DNA from: Eledone cirrhosa
Taxonomy: Eukaryota
DNA: 64,000 nucleotides
NCBI GenBank assembly: GCA_964016885.1
Contig: OZ024743.1
Span: 260,710,001-260,774,000, forward strand
Direction of reading: 5' to 3'
Under the pieces are notes generated by a model. That model saw nothing but the letters and a program-made list of their open reading frames with translations, did no database searches and had not been told where the DNA came from. Shown here piece by piece: positions 39,848-53,852 of the stretch. Every line of letters begins with the position of its first letter. The first letter of the stretch is position 1. A program made the position numbers and the translations under genes.

Positions 39848-40032
39848 AATTGTTTCTACTTTAGGCACAAGGCCAGCAATTACCAGTGCATTACTGGTAC
39901 TTTATTTTATCGACCCCGTAAGGATGAAAGGCAAAGTCAACCTCGGCGGGATTTGAACTCAGATGGTAAAGGGACGTAACTATGCTCCAAAGCATGGCGT
40001 CCGACCCTCTACCGATACTGCCAATCCACCGC
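39848..40032 (-). mobile_element. SINE family 1, full length
   Basis: Reverse-complement match to 17163-17352. Confidence 0.92.
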
Positions 40033-40111
40033 CATTCATAATAATATATAAAAGTATCTCCGCATGCCATGCCGTTTCGTCATCTTTTCCGCACACACAT
40101 ACACACATATG

Positions 40112-40149
<38 letters not shown>

Positions 40150-40190
40150 CATATATATATATATTTATATATATACATATATATATATAC

Positions 40191-40253
<63 letters not shown>

Positions 40254-40255
40254 CA

Positions 40256-40315
<60 letters not shown>

Positions 40316-40362
40316 TATGTACATTAATATATTTGACTAGAAATATGTTAAACGTTTGTGCG

Positions 40363-40425
<63 letters not shown>

Positions 40426-40639
40426 TACTTATTAAAGATAATTGAAAAAAATAAATATATGTATATTACATATTAAGGATACGTGAAAAAACTAATATAT
40501 ATATATATATAAACTAGATCTAGCAACTTATAATATTGTAATATTATAAAATTAAATCAAATTATTTAAAACGTGAAGTCATTCTTTTCCTTTTTTTTCA
40601 AATATACCTAACTGCACCAAGGATCTCACACATTTTCCA

Positions 40640-40673
<34 letters not shown>

Positions 40674-40811
40674 AGAATTTAAGTGAAAAAAAAACTGTAT
40701 TTATGGGAGTACAGGCCAGGGAGGCCAAAATATGTTTATGTATTGGAACTAATTAACATTTAATTAATTAATTAATATATATATATATATATATATATAT
40801 GATATATACAT

Positions 40812-40990
40812 AATTGTCTCTACTTTAGGCACAAGGCCAGCAATTACCCAGTGCATTACTAGTACTTTATTTTATCGACCCCGTAAGGATGAAAGGCAAA
40901 GTCGGCGGGATTTGAACTCAGATCGTAAAGGGACGTAATTATACTGGAAAGCATGGCGTCCGACCCTCTACTGATACTGCCAATCCACCG
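40812..40990 (-). mobile_element. SINE family 1, full length
   Basis: Reverse-complement match to 17163-17352. Confidence 0.92.
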
Positions 40991-40994
40991 GTCT

Positions 40995-41545
40995 TAAATT
41001 TTCCTATGATTTGTGCTGGAAAGATTTTACTACACCGATCGGCAAGTCTGTTGCCCAGAACGTTTGTTCGCACTACTATACTAAACATTTTTTAACGCCT
41101 GAAAATATCTTATATCTTTATATATTTGCATTGAATACCGTTGCCACATCTAATCTGTTGCTTTTGTTGTGCACCTTGAGAGTTTAGATAAGCTTCAAAG
41201 AAGAATAGTCAAGATTATTGGTCTTGACTTAACATGTCATCTTTACTCATTATCACACCGTCCAAATGTTGCCTCTATTCGCCTTTATTTATACATTATC
41301 TTATAGGGACAGTTTTGAAAATATTTCCACTTTGTAGCGTCATATTCACGTTTACATGGAGCACCAGATTGCCGGCTAGGTCTCACCCATTTACAATTGA
41401 AGTTCCTAAATGCAATGGCATGTTCTATTGTGATAGTTTCTTCCTTCGCACATCTCACTTATGGAATTCTCTTCCAGCTTCATGCATTCCTAACCACAAC
41501 AGTTTGCAAACATTCAAAGCAACATCAATCGTATACAGGATGAAA
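40995..41545 (+). mobile_element. Decayed 3' end of a CR1/Jockey-group LINE ORF2
   Basis: HPFTI....SFFLRTSHLWNSLPASCIP...LQTFK motif. Confidence 0.6.
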
Positions 41546-41850
41546 ATAAGTGTAATATTTACATATTAATTATATATAAATACGTAACATATATATATGT
41601 TTACAAATATAGACATATACATATATGCGTCTGTATATATATATATATATTATTTTTTCAACCTGTTAGTTCTTTCGTTACTTTGGTATTGTGTGTTAGA
41701 TTTTGCCTACCACAATGTTCAATTTGTCAAGCTATTTTAACGTATGTTATTACTCTGAGGACCTACCTTGTCAAGTGCTTTGCTAACTCATTCATATCGT
41801 AGGTCGAATGTGCTTGCACACCGCCAAAGATTCGATTTTACTAAGCCTCC

Positions 41851-41896
<46 letters not shown>

Positions 41897-41953
41897 TATA
41901 TATATACATATATATTTATAATTATATACATACACACACACATTTTGAATGTA

Positions 41954-41986
<33 letters not shown>

Positions 41987-42502
41987 GAACTCCAGCGTCT
42001 CCAAAATATCCAAGCTCAGTTTTTTTTTCAACCTCTCTTCAAACCCGATCTTCGAGATAACTTTGTGTGTGTGTATATATATATATGTGTGTGTGTGTGT
42101 GTATATATGTGTGTGTGGGGGGGGGTATATAACACTGATAGAACTCCGTGTGGTACTGATATGAATATGCCGTGGAAACTAGGTGAAGAATGATTTTATT
42201 TTTAGGAAGAGCGGTCTCTGTTGCTGAATATTCACAAAAACCACAGAGTCAGATATTAGTTCGACATTTAACGCTTTTTGAAAAGTTTCAATGAAACCAT
42301 ATAATATGGATGTGTTGACTATTTGATTGCTGTTGTGTAACATAATATTCTTATATATATTATTATCCAACAAACAAGAATAGACGGTTCGAGACGTACT
42401 AATGCCACTTGTTTTCGTTTTTAAGGGCTCATACATACTTTTATTAGGCTATATTGTGAAGTCAAATGTACGGTGAAAGCTTCTTATTCAATTTTCAAAT
42501 GC

Positions 42503-42542
<40 letters not shown>

Positions 42543-42558
42543 ATACACACGCACACAC

Positions 42559-42702
<144 letters not shown>

Positions 42703-42751
42703 ATTGATATATATATATTGATATATATTATATTATATTTATATATATATA

Positions 42752-42822
<71 letters not shown>

Positions 42823-43042
42823 ATATATTGATATATATATATATATTGATATATATTATATTATATTTATATATATATTGATATGTATATATATATTGAT
42901 ATATATTATATTATATTTATATATCTATAAAATATCTATAATGTATATGAATAATATATATATATATGTATATGAGTGTGTGTGTGTCTGAGTCAGAGAA
43001 GAAAACTCCCTCAAGCAACTGTTTATATATATATATATATAT

Positions 43043-43111
<69 letters not shown>

Positions 43112-43772
43112 GAAAAGTATAGAAATTATTGTGAGCAAAGAAGCCAACAGTATTCCATAATATAAGTGACTATAGCGTCAAAATGGAAAAATAGTTAACG
43201 TAAGATGTGGGAAAATAATTCAAACTCAATTCAAAAAGAATCAGGATATAGATTCATCCACAGAATTTAGTGAAATCCAGGGAAAAATCAATAGACCCTT
43301 AACTCAGAATAAAATAAAGTTTAAAATACTCATCCTTCAATATATATATATGTATATATAATATATATTAAATATATATAGTTTTATATTTTATATTTAT
43401 ATATATATATATGCACGTATATATATATATATATATATGCACGTATATCGATATATATATATACATATATATACGTAAATAGAAAAGATGTTACTGTCTA
43501 AGACTAGTAAGGCCATTATTCAACTTGGTTCTACATATTTCTCCTGACCTATTGAAACGGAAAAATCTTAAGCGTTGGGCAGAAAGTTCTTATAATATTT
43601 ATATGTAAGTATACATATATTTATATATATATGTATACATACATATACTCTCACACTCACACACTCAGATATATATATAGATATATATTTATATATATAT
43701 ATAATATATATATAATATATATATAATATATATATATATATAATATATATATATATATATAATATATATATA

Positions 43773-43831
<59 letters not shown>

Positions 43832-44149
43832 CTCAGGATGGATTCAGTTTGAAACTGGTTAGACCATTACTCAACAGAGTACTCAATACTTGGAGTAGTA
43901 GAGTATGGCTGTAATATAAAGAATATAACCATACTTTATATACACATATATTATATATATATTAAACAGTATGCATATACACACACACACATATATATAG
44001 ATAAATATATACTATATATTTATATCAATCTGTCTAATATATATATGTATATTTTTTCAGTGTGTATATATATATATATACATATATAGTGAAAAAATAA
44101 TGTACATATATATTAGGTAGATTTATATAGACATATGGTATATATATAT

Positions 44150-44183
<34 letters not shown>

Positions 44184-44217
44184 CATAAATATATATATAT
44201 GAGTATGTGTGTGTGTA

Positions 44218-44317
<100 letters not shown>

Positions 44318-44747
44318 TTTTGAATGCCGTGACAAATTGAGCTCATGTTGAAAGAATAAAAGCGTGAGTGTGGTAGAATCAGAAGAGGAAGTGTAGGAGG
44401 AGAAGGAATAGGATATGAAGGATAAAGGGAGGAGGGGGGGGGGGAGAGGAGGGGGAGTGGGAGTTTATAGTGGTTGTTACCTTCTTATTGCTGGAGCAGA
44501 AATGCTATTGTCGCTTCCACAGTGTAACAATTGCAGATAGGTGGTGTGGGTCAATAGAATTAGTCGTGGTAGGAGTGGCTAACACGTGAGGGAGGAGAAG
44601 GATGGAATGCTGATGATGTGATCGAGATAATAAGCCTCTCTCTCTCTCTATCTATCTCTTTCTCTCTCTCTCTATCTATCAATCTATCTCCCTTCTGTAC
44701 TTGCACACACATTAGCAAACAGACATACATATACACTCACACACATG

Positions 44748-44823
<76 letters not shown>

Positions 44824-44850
44824 AAAATACACGGACACACACACACATAC

Positions 44851-44892
<42 letters not shown>

Positions 44893-44987
44893 TTGGCTGT
44901 GATATATCGTTAGATTAAATGTACGCTCTGCGTTCGAATTCCATCGAAGACAAACAGTTCAATTATTGGAGGACTGACAGAATTAAT

Positions 44988-45367
44988 AATTGTTTCTACG
45001 TTTGGCACAAGGCCATCAAATATCCAGTGCATTACTGGTACTTTATTTTATCGACCCCGTAAGGATGAAAGGCAAAGTTAACCTCGGCGGGATTTGAACT
45101 CAGACCGCAAAGGGACGTAACTATGCTGGAAAGCATGGCGTCCGACCCTCTACCAATCCACCGCCAATCCATACTGCCAATCCACCGCCCTGACAGAATT
45201 AATAATTGTTTCTACGTTTTGCACAAGGCCACCAATCACCCAGTGCATTACTGGTACTTTATTTTATCGACCCCGTAAGGATGAAAGGCAAAGTTAACCT
45301 CGGCGGGATTTGAACTCAGAATGGCAAGGGCCGTAACTCTATGCGTCAAAGCATGGCGTCCGACCCA
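44988..45367 (-). mobile_element. Two tandem SINE family 1 copies
   Basis: Units at 44988-45189 and 45204-45367; duplication CTGACAGAATTAATAAT at 44974-44990 and 45190-45206. Confidence 0.9.
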
Positions 45368-45493
45368 AATTGATATCTGATCTTGTTATGTGCGTTTTCA
45401 TTTCTCACGTCGCCTCCTTCTGCTCGGTGTTGCAGCCGGTAAATATTATCATTAATAAAGGTGTGTTGGACCAATCCATGGTTTGAACGTTTC

Positions 45494-45531
<38 letters not shown>

Positions 45532-45546
45532 TATAGTTATATATAG

Positions 45547-45610
<64 letters not shown>

Positions 45611-45637
45611 TATATTATAGTTATATATATATTATAG

Positions 45638-45707
<70 letters not shown>

Positions 45708-46016
45708 TATATATATATTATAGTTATATATATATATATATATATTATAGTTAAAACAGACAACGAAAACAAAGCGAAGAATGCAGTACAAAGTGTTAGT
45801 ATTAGGTTCACGCTTGAGAGTGAGGAGGGGGGGACGACGTTTCGATTTATTTATATATACACGCATACATACATATTTATATATTTGTATATCTATATGT
45901 ATATATGTGTATATATATATACAGTATATATATACAGTATATCTATATATACATATATATGTGCACATAGTGATACAGGAGCTGCGTTAGGCAGTCCTTT
46001 CTATTATGAGATGTGA

Positions 46017-46063
<47 letters not shown>

Positions 46064-46232
46064 TATGTATATATCTATGTACATATATATGCATGTGTTT
46101 GTATGTATCTATTTATGTGTATGTATGCATTTATATATATATATGTATGCATATATGTGTGTGGGGGGGGGGGGGTTGTGTGTGTGTACGTGTACGTATA
46201 TTTGAATATATGAATGTGTCTATATATACGCA

Positions 46233-46266
<34 letters not shown>

Positions 46267-46277
46267 TCACATCTCAT

Positions 46278-47375
46278 AATAGAAAGGACTGCCTAACGCA
46301 GCTCCTGTATCACTTTGCTGACATTTTAAGAGATTTGGGAGTGGACCCTAACACTGATATCATGTACCATGATTTCAGCAAGGTCTTTGACAGGGTTGAT
46401 CACAACATCCGATTAAAAAAACTATCCAATATTGGTGTCTCTGGAAAGTTACTGCAATGGATCAAATGGTTCCTGATAAACAGAGCCCAACAAGTTGTAG
46501 TCGAAGGAGTACAATCAAGCCCAACCAAAGTCAGTAGTGGAGTCCTACAAGGCAGTGTTGAGCCCACTTCTTTTCATTATTTATATCAATGACATTATCG
46601 ACTTCATCAAGCACAGCAACATATCTTTGCAAGAGTTTGCAAGCTCTATAGGATGATCAATGTAGTGAGAGACCAGACAACCCTTCATTCATATCTACTA
46701 GGTGTTATCCAATGGGAGGGAAAAAATATGCTGCTAAACGAGGATGCTCTGAAACTATTAGATTCTCTTCCCTCATGCGAAAACCTCGTGGCATCTAACA
46801 ATATCAGACACCTGAGAATAATTATTGTTAACAACCTAAGTTAGGCTACTCATATAAACAACAAAGTTGACATGGCCCGCAAGATGTATTTCTGGATTCT
46901 CAGAACTTTCCAGTCGAGAGATATTCACACCATTATCCTTCTCTTCTCTACTGTTGCCCGGCCTCAGCTTGAATATTAGTGCCCACTGTGATCTTCCCAC
47001 GCAAATATGTGAACAATATTCCATCTGTTTGCAACATAGTCAAAAAACACCTAAGGCTTAGGCCATTTGCTAACAACAAATATCAAATTCGCATTCACAT
47101 CATTACGGCAGAATAATTTCAACTCAACCACTCCCGTTCTCTTACACCGAAACATAAAAACATAAAACAGATCCCATGAAATACAAAACGTCTTTGAACA
47201 AATTCCTCCAAGAAATTCCAGATAAAACCCCTGCACCCGGATATGATTTAGAAATCAATTTGAGTGGGCCATGATGTCCAAATCAGGATTTGAAAGATAT
47301 CGCCGGGTGGTGCTATTAAGTTAGACATGGCCTGGGCTAATATTGGCCGAAACCTATCAAAGTTTTCGAAGTCAT
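46278..47375 (+). mobile_element. Decayed CR1/L2-group LINE RT plus 3' UTR
   Basis: CLTQLL...DIMYHDFSKVFDRVDH...GVSGKLLQWIKWFLINRAQQVVV...SGVLQGSV, then frameshifted remnants. The 3' UTR is shared with 34495 and 63243. Confidence 0.85.
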
Positions 47376-47382
47376 ATATATA

Positions 47383-47429
<47 letters not shown>

Positions 47430-47469
47430 TATAAGTATTAATAAAATAGATGTTCTTTTGATCAATTAC

Positions 47470-47522
47470 ATTTTATTATACATATTTCGGATGTACAACA
47501 GTACGTCCTCATCAGACAAAAT
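47470..47522 (-). ncRNA. Minimal type I hammerhead ribozyme with intact core
   Basis: Minus strand ATTTTGT-CTGATGA-GGACGTAC-TGTT-GTACATCC-GAAA-TATGTA-TA-ATAAAAT. Confidence 0.72.
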
Positions 47523-47566
47523 ATAATGATACATGACATAATCATCGAATATTGTTTAACAACTTA

Positions 47567-47597
<31 letters not shown>

Positions 47598-48029
47598 CAT
47601 ACATACATTTCGAGCACTGACTCTTTAAAGTACCTACGTTCGCACTTCCCAGTTATCGAGTACTTAGCTGAATAGTTTCTTACATTCTGAGTCCAAAGAT
47701 GCTAAGGGATTAATAATGCTTCCATGCGACACATTAACAATTCATTAATACCCTGCACTCATTAAACTACTACGAGAAGGAGGTAAGGCCTAGTTGACAA
47801 GGGTTGGCATTGAACTCAGAATACCGAAGCATTTAATCTAACGTCCTAACAACTCTACTACTTCACTACCAAATATATATATCGAATACCGTAATATAAT
47901 CTCTGAATACTTCGTAGTTTATATCACGTATGCGCTATCTAGATGTTCACTTCGTAATTTATCGTGTTTTATTATTGATGCATGTATATTATGTATATAT
48001 GATATTACATACACACACAGACACAGACG

Positions 48030-48142
<113 letters not shown>

Positions 48143-48179
48143 ATATGTATATGTACATATATATATATATATATGTATA

Positions 48180-48230
<51 letters not shown>

Positions 48231-48233
48231 GCG

Positions 48234-48314
<81 letters not shown>

Positions 48315-48333
48315 GTATATATATATATGTATA

Positions 48334-48394
<61 letters not shown>

Positions 48395-48399
48395 GTATA

Positions 48400-48441
<42 letters not shown>

Positions 48442-48454
48442 CATATATTGTGTA

Positions 48455-48998
48455 GGCGTGTGGCTGGCTGGTTAGAGAATTGGATTCGCAATCTTGAGGT
48501 TGTGAGTTCGATTCCTGGACCGGACGATGCGTTATGTCCTTATTTCACGTTGCTCCTTGTACCTGGAGTTGCGAACGATAGATAATACTAGCAACTGGAA
48601 AGACCAACGGAAACATTGTTTCCTCGGTCCGATTTGACGAAAGTCGATCGATTCTTTATATATATATAAAGATGGAGACACATGACTTAGTGGTTAGAGC
48701 ATTGGCTTTGCAATCGAAAGGTTGTGAGTTAAATTCTCAGACTGGGTGATGTGTTGTTTCCTTGAGCAAGACACTTTATTTCACATTGCTCCAGTTTACT
48801 CAGCTGTAGAATGAGATGATAGGGACTGGGGTCCCTATCATTCCACTGCAAAGTGGTCGTGGAGGTGCCATGGCAAAAAAGCATCCAGCACTCACTGTAA
48901 ATGAGGTTGATGTTAGGAAGGGCATCCAGCTGTAGAGCAGGGAAAAAAGCGGACGCAGGGAAAAAGCGGACGTAAAATGAAATGATGATGAAATGATG

Positions 48999-49000
<2 letters not shown>
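48455..49000 (+). mobile_element. Second tRNA-derived SINE family (copies 48455-48655 and 48673-49000; another at 57575-57700); the second copy ends in an RTE-like tail
   Basis: TAGTGGTTAGAGC A-box, GTGAGTT(C/A).ATTC B-box and CCTTGAGCAAGACACTTTATTTCACATTGCTCCAG core. The tail GTTAGGAAGGGCATCCAGCTGTAG..GGACGTAAAA..(GAT)n matches 61990-62150. Confidence 0.75.
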
Positions 49001-49049
<49 letters not shown>

Positions 49050-49320
49050 CACATATATATATATATATACATACATAAATACATATATATAGATATATAT
49101 AGATATATATATAGATATAGATATATATTATGTATATATATATATGTATTATATATTTATCACAGAAAAAAAGAGAATCAGTGTTGCGACGAATGGAATT
49201 TATTGGACATATTACAATCGTTTCTCTGGCGACCAGCTCGAGGCACGATCGATGTGATGATCGAACCTGACTCTGATAATCGCAAGGTCCTCAGATAGGT
49301 TTTGATTCTATGAAGCAGAT

Positions 49321-49371
<51 letters not shown>

Positions 49372-49841
49372 TACATATATATAGATAGATATACATATAT
49401 ATATAGATATAGATAGATACTTTGGTTCACGAACCAAAGTATCGTCTTCCTGTTTTCCTTCGGTTGCAACGTTTTTCGAAATATTTACTTCTGCGTTCAC
49501 AGATTGATTTGTTTAGTTTCAGAAGATCCAGGTAAGGGTGAAATCACCGATTCTTTGCTTAAACTTTAATCTGTTATTTTAATTAATATATTTAAGAAAC
49601 GATGAGCAAATCTATTTATTGAAAATTAAGCTTCGACATTTCTTTTATTTTCTACTATGACAAATTGATCATAAGAGGCCCTCGTCGGAAAAATGTCGAC
49701 GCTGTCAAGTAAAGTTGTTCCTATTGCTGTGGAATACATATATTTTTTTTCATATAGGTATACATATAGATATACACACACACACAAACAGGCACACACA
49801 CAAACACACACACACACACACATATGTATATATATGTATGT

Positions 49842-49925
<84 letters not shown>

Positions 49926-49983
49926 CGTATATATGTGTATTATTTGTATATGTTTATATATGTACATTTATACATATTATTTC

Positions 49984-50014
<31 letters not shown>

Positions 50015-50050
50015 ATTCATTTACATACATATATACACACGCATACACAC

Positions 50051-50131
<81 letters not shown>

Positions 50132-50234
50132 ATATATACATATATATATATACATATATATATACATATATATATATATACATATATACATATACATATA
50201 TATATGTGCATATATGTACATATATGTACATATA

Positions 50235-50302
<68 letters not shown>

Positions 50303-50396
50303 TATATGTACATATATGCACATATATATGTATATATATATATGTATAAATACATATATATATATATACATATATATGTGCATATATGTACATATA

Positions 50397-50469
<73 letters not shown>

Positions 50470-50580
50470 GAATTACCCTGGAAATTGAAAATGAGATAAA
50501 TTTTTTTCCAATTGACATGGAAATTCGTATTTTGTATCACCTTTAGATACCAACATATTAGATATGTGTCTATATTTATG

Positions 50581-50634
50581 CACGTAGACGCAGTTTCGGT
50601 TACCCACTGTGTTTATACAGATATAACTTCATCA
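50581..50634 (-). ncRNA. Hammerhead remnant cut off at its first core base by (TA)n; decayed sister at about 2745-2865 (+)
   Basis: Minus strand (TA)n-TGATGA-AGTTA...TAACC-GAAA-CTGC-GTC-TACGTG; the downstream AAATACGAATTTCC.TGT.AATTG is shared with 2831-2855. Confidence 0.55.
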
Positions 50635-50643
50635 TATATATAC

Positions 50644-50712
<69 letters not shown>

Positions 50713-50865
50713 TTTAGGTTTATTGGTTCACCACTGGATCGAACTGGTGTAATATTATGGAGGGCGGCCGACCGGGGTAGAAGCTGCCAAATGTTCGGTC
50801 ACCCTCATGTCTCTGATTTTCAGCCCCATAGATTTTGTCTATTATATTCCTTTGTTATATTTCGA

Positions 50866-50923
50866 ATACCTGATGATGTCACCGGATCCATACTGAACCC
50901 GGTCATTGAAATGATCATAGTAT
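50866..50923 (+). ncRNA. Minimal type I hammerhead ribozyme motif
   Basis: ATAC-CTGATGA-TGTC-ACCGG-loop-CCGGT-CATT-GAAA-TGATCA-TA-GTAT with a palindromic stem III. AATAAA follows, then (TA)n. Confidence 0.7.
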
Positions 50924-50967
50924 AATAAACCTTTTAAGGAATTACACCTGTCCAGCCTCCTGTTATT

Positions 50968-51042
<75 letters not shown>

Positions 51043-51152
51043 GTGTATAGGAACGATCGACTTTCGTCAAATTGGACCGAGGAAACAATGTTTCAATTCG
51101 TCTTTCCAATTGGTAATACTATCTATCGGTCGCAACTCCAGGTAGAAGTATA

Positions 51153-51208
<56 letters not shown>

Positions 51209-51290
51209 GTAAAGTGAAACAATATATATATGTATATATATATATATATATAAACCGTAAAGTAAAACAATATATATATATATATATATA

Positions 51291-52012
51291 TTGTTTTACT
51301 TTCCGGTTTGCGGGGATCATGTTGCCAACAGTAACACGTGCCTCTGTTGGATTTCACTTCAATTTATTTAAAAGCCCAATCGGTTAGTTTAATTACTGGA
51401 TGGTTGTTTAGTTGTTCATTGTCAAAGCTCTCTTGTCACACATTGTGACTCCATCAGTGACTCTTTTTGTTGTTATTTTGTCTCTCCTTTGTTCTGTTCT
51501 ACACCATCTTGTTTTGGGGGGCTGTGTTCTTGGGCTGCGCATGCGTTATATCCGGGTTTGTTTGCGTGTATGTTTGTGTGTATTTTTGTTTATTTATTTA
51601 TCTATTTTCATATATTTATTTATTTATCTATTTGTTTACTGGTTACTTATTCTATTTGTGTATGTCTGTTTTATTAATGTTGTTCTTGTGTGTCTCTGTA
51701 TGTCTTTATCTTGCCTTTAGTGAGATTGTTCCATTCATGTTTTCTGTTTAGTTTTGTTTGGAGTTCGTTTATGTGTGTCGCTTCCGTAATCTGTCAGAGG
51801 ATTGTGTCTGTTCTGAGTGTGGATATCACTTTTATCTCAATGTTTTCTAGTGTGTCTCCATGTTTCAGTGGAGTACCGATGATTGTAGTTCTCGCCAGTG
51901 TTCTTTTATCCTTTCTTCTTCGCTACGAGCCGTCTCACCTATGTAAATCTTGTTCCTATTCCTACACTGTCCTTCCGTACATCTTATGCTATATATTACG
52001 TTCCTAGTTTTT
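51291..52012 (-). mobile_element. 5'-truncated Penelope-like retroelement: GIY-YIG remnant (51675-52012), 3' UTR, decayed hammerhead (51421-51461) and pLTR tail
   Basis: Hand translation gives KTRNVIYSIRCTEGQCRNRNKIYIGETARSEEERIKEHW, then after a frameshift HGDTLENIEIKVI...QITEATHINELQTKLNRK. The hammerhead relic reads GTCA-CTGATGG-A-GTCACA-ATG-TGTGAC-AAGA-GAGC-TT-TGAC. Confidence 0.88.
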
Positions 52013-52019
52013 ATGAGCG

Positions 52020-52795
52020 CTTTCTCAAAAGGTATGTTTTACCAATTAGATCTTTTATAGAAATACCTGGAGACATATCCGGGTGGAGGGAGCTTATCCG
52101 AGATTTCTTGGGGGAATTTGTCCAGGGAGCCTTTAAATATTATGGGATCTGTTTCTGTCTTGATGTATTTTGGAATTATATTAACAGGCCAGTTGAGGAG
52201 AATCCTTGGTATGAGATGCGAGGTTTATTTCGTAGTGTGCGGATAGCACGAAGACCAAGCCTTGGGTGCATTTTAAAGGTGATATCAACATTTGGGCAAT
52301 ATTTATGGAATATTTTTCACATCATATATATGATGTAGCGCTCACAGCGGCGTTGGAAAGGGTAGGGTTTGAGTTTTTCTAGTCGACCCAAATTGTCAAG
52401 GTCTGTCATACCTTCTATCTATTTTATAATTGACTTCTGGGATGCACAGTGGACAACAGTATTCAAGGTGTGGCCGGGAAAATGAAGAGTAGATTAGGAA
52501 CACATCCTGCGGGATAAGTCAAGTTTGTTGTTTATGGGAGTACTCCAGTTTAAGTTGTTACCAACAATTACTCCAAGGTCTCTAGTGTTGTTTGATGCAT
52601 CACCTGACGGAAGAGAATATGTGTAGCTTCAATGTATACTCTTTTCCAAAGTGGATTAACGCACATTTATCCTCATTTAGTAGTATATTTATTGTTTTTG
52701 TCGCCCATCGGATAGCAACGAGCAGATCCGATTGAAGGCATGTCTAGTCTTCCACTCCATTGATGACCTTCTAAAGCTTGGAATCTGCGACAATT
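52020..52795 (-). mobile_element. Decayed CR1/L2-group LINE ORF2 fragment
   Basis: Minus strand RDLGVIV and R.ER..II remnants; 52075-52170 is similar to 63375-63465 and, in reverse, to 47160-47240. Confidence 0.7.
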
Positions 52796-52926
52796 CTTAT
52801 GTATATATTACTTATATATGTACGTATGTATATGTGTGTGGGGGGGTGTGTGAGTGTGTATGTGTGTGTGAGTGTGTGAGTGTGTATGTGTGTATTACAC
52901 ATATATGTTTATATTACGTTTATATA

Positions 52927-53006
<80 letters not shown>

Positions 53007-53024
53007 TATATATATATATTATAT

Positions 53025-53096
<72 letters not shown>

Positions 53097-53114
53097 TATA
53101 TATATATATTATAT

Positions 53115-53180
<66 letters not shown>

Positions 53181-53198
53181 TATATATATATATTATAT

Positions 53199-53320
<122 letters not shown>

Positions 53321-53852
53321 TTATTCCAAATCCTCTGATAAATAGGTAGAGAAAGTTCTTTTAATATTCTACTTTAAAAGTCATTCTGTTTATCTAATTC
53401 ATGAAACGGTTGACTTTACTTTGTCTGAGCCTTCCATTTCACATGCTAGAAATAGCAGTTATAATCATCTTCAAATTATATCCTACTATGAAGAACACAT
53501 TAATAATGTATTTCCAGGGATGAAAGAAGGACTAGAAATATATGAGGGATAGCCTAGGTTTGCATTCCTTTTACTTATCTGGCTTCACCTGCAGCTAAAC
53601 AATAACAACTTGTCGTCAGTTTATTACTAACAGGTGTTGTTTATTTCAGGTGTGGGTGCATGCTAATTATACACAATAAATGAATACAATCAAATGTGGT
53701 TAAATCTGTAGGAACTACTCAATAAAACTGATTTAAGTAGGGACTCAATATGTCAGTGGTTTTCAGAGTCCCAGCTCAACATCCCAACTTTCCTTTATTC
53801 TGCCCTCATTTGTCATCTAGTATTTTTTCGCTATTATACTTTTACAGTATTC

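Noticed and set aside
53641-53670. TTTCAG acceptor as Dbx exon 2
   Set aside because: The phase-1 continuation hits TAA after five codons, with no Dbx similarity.
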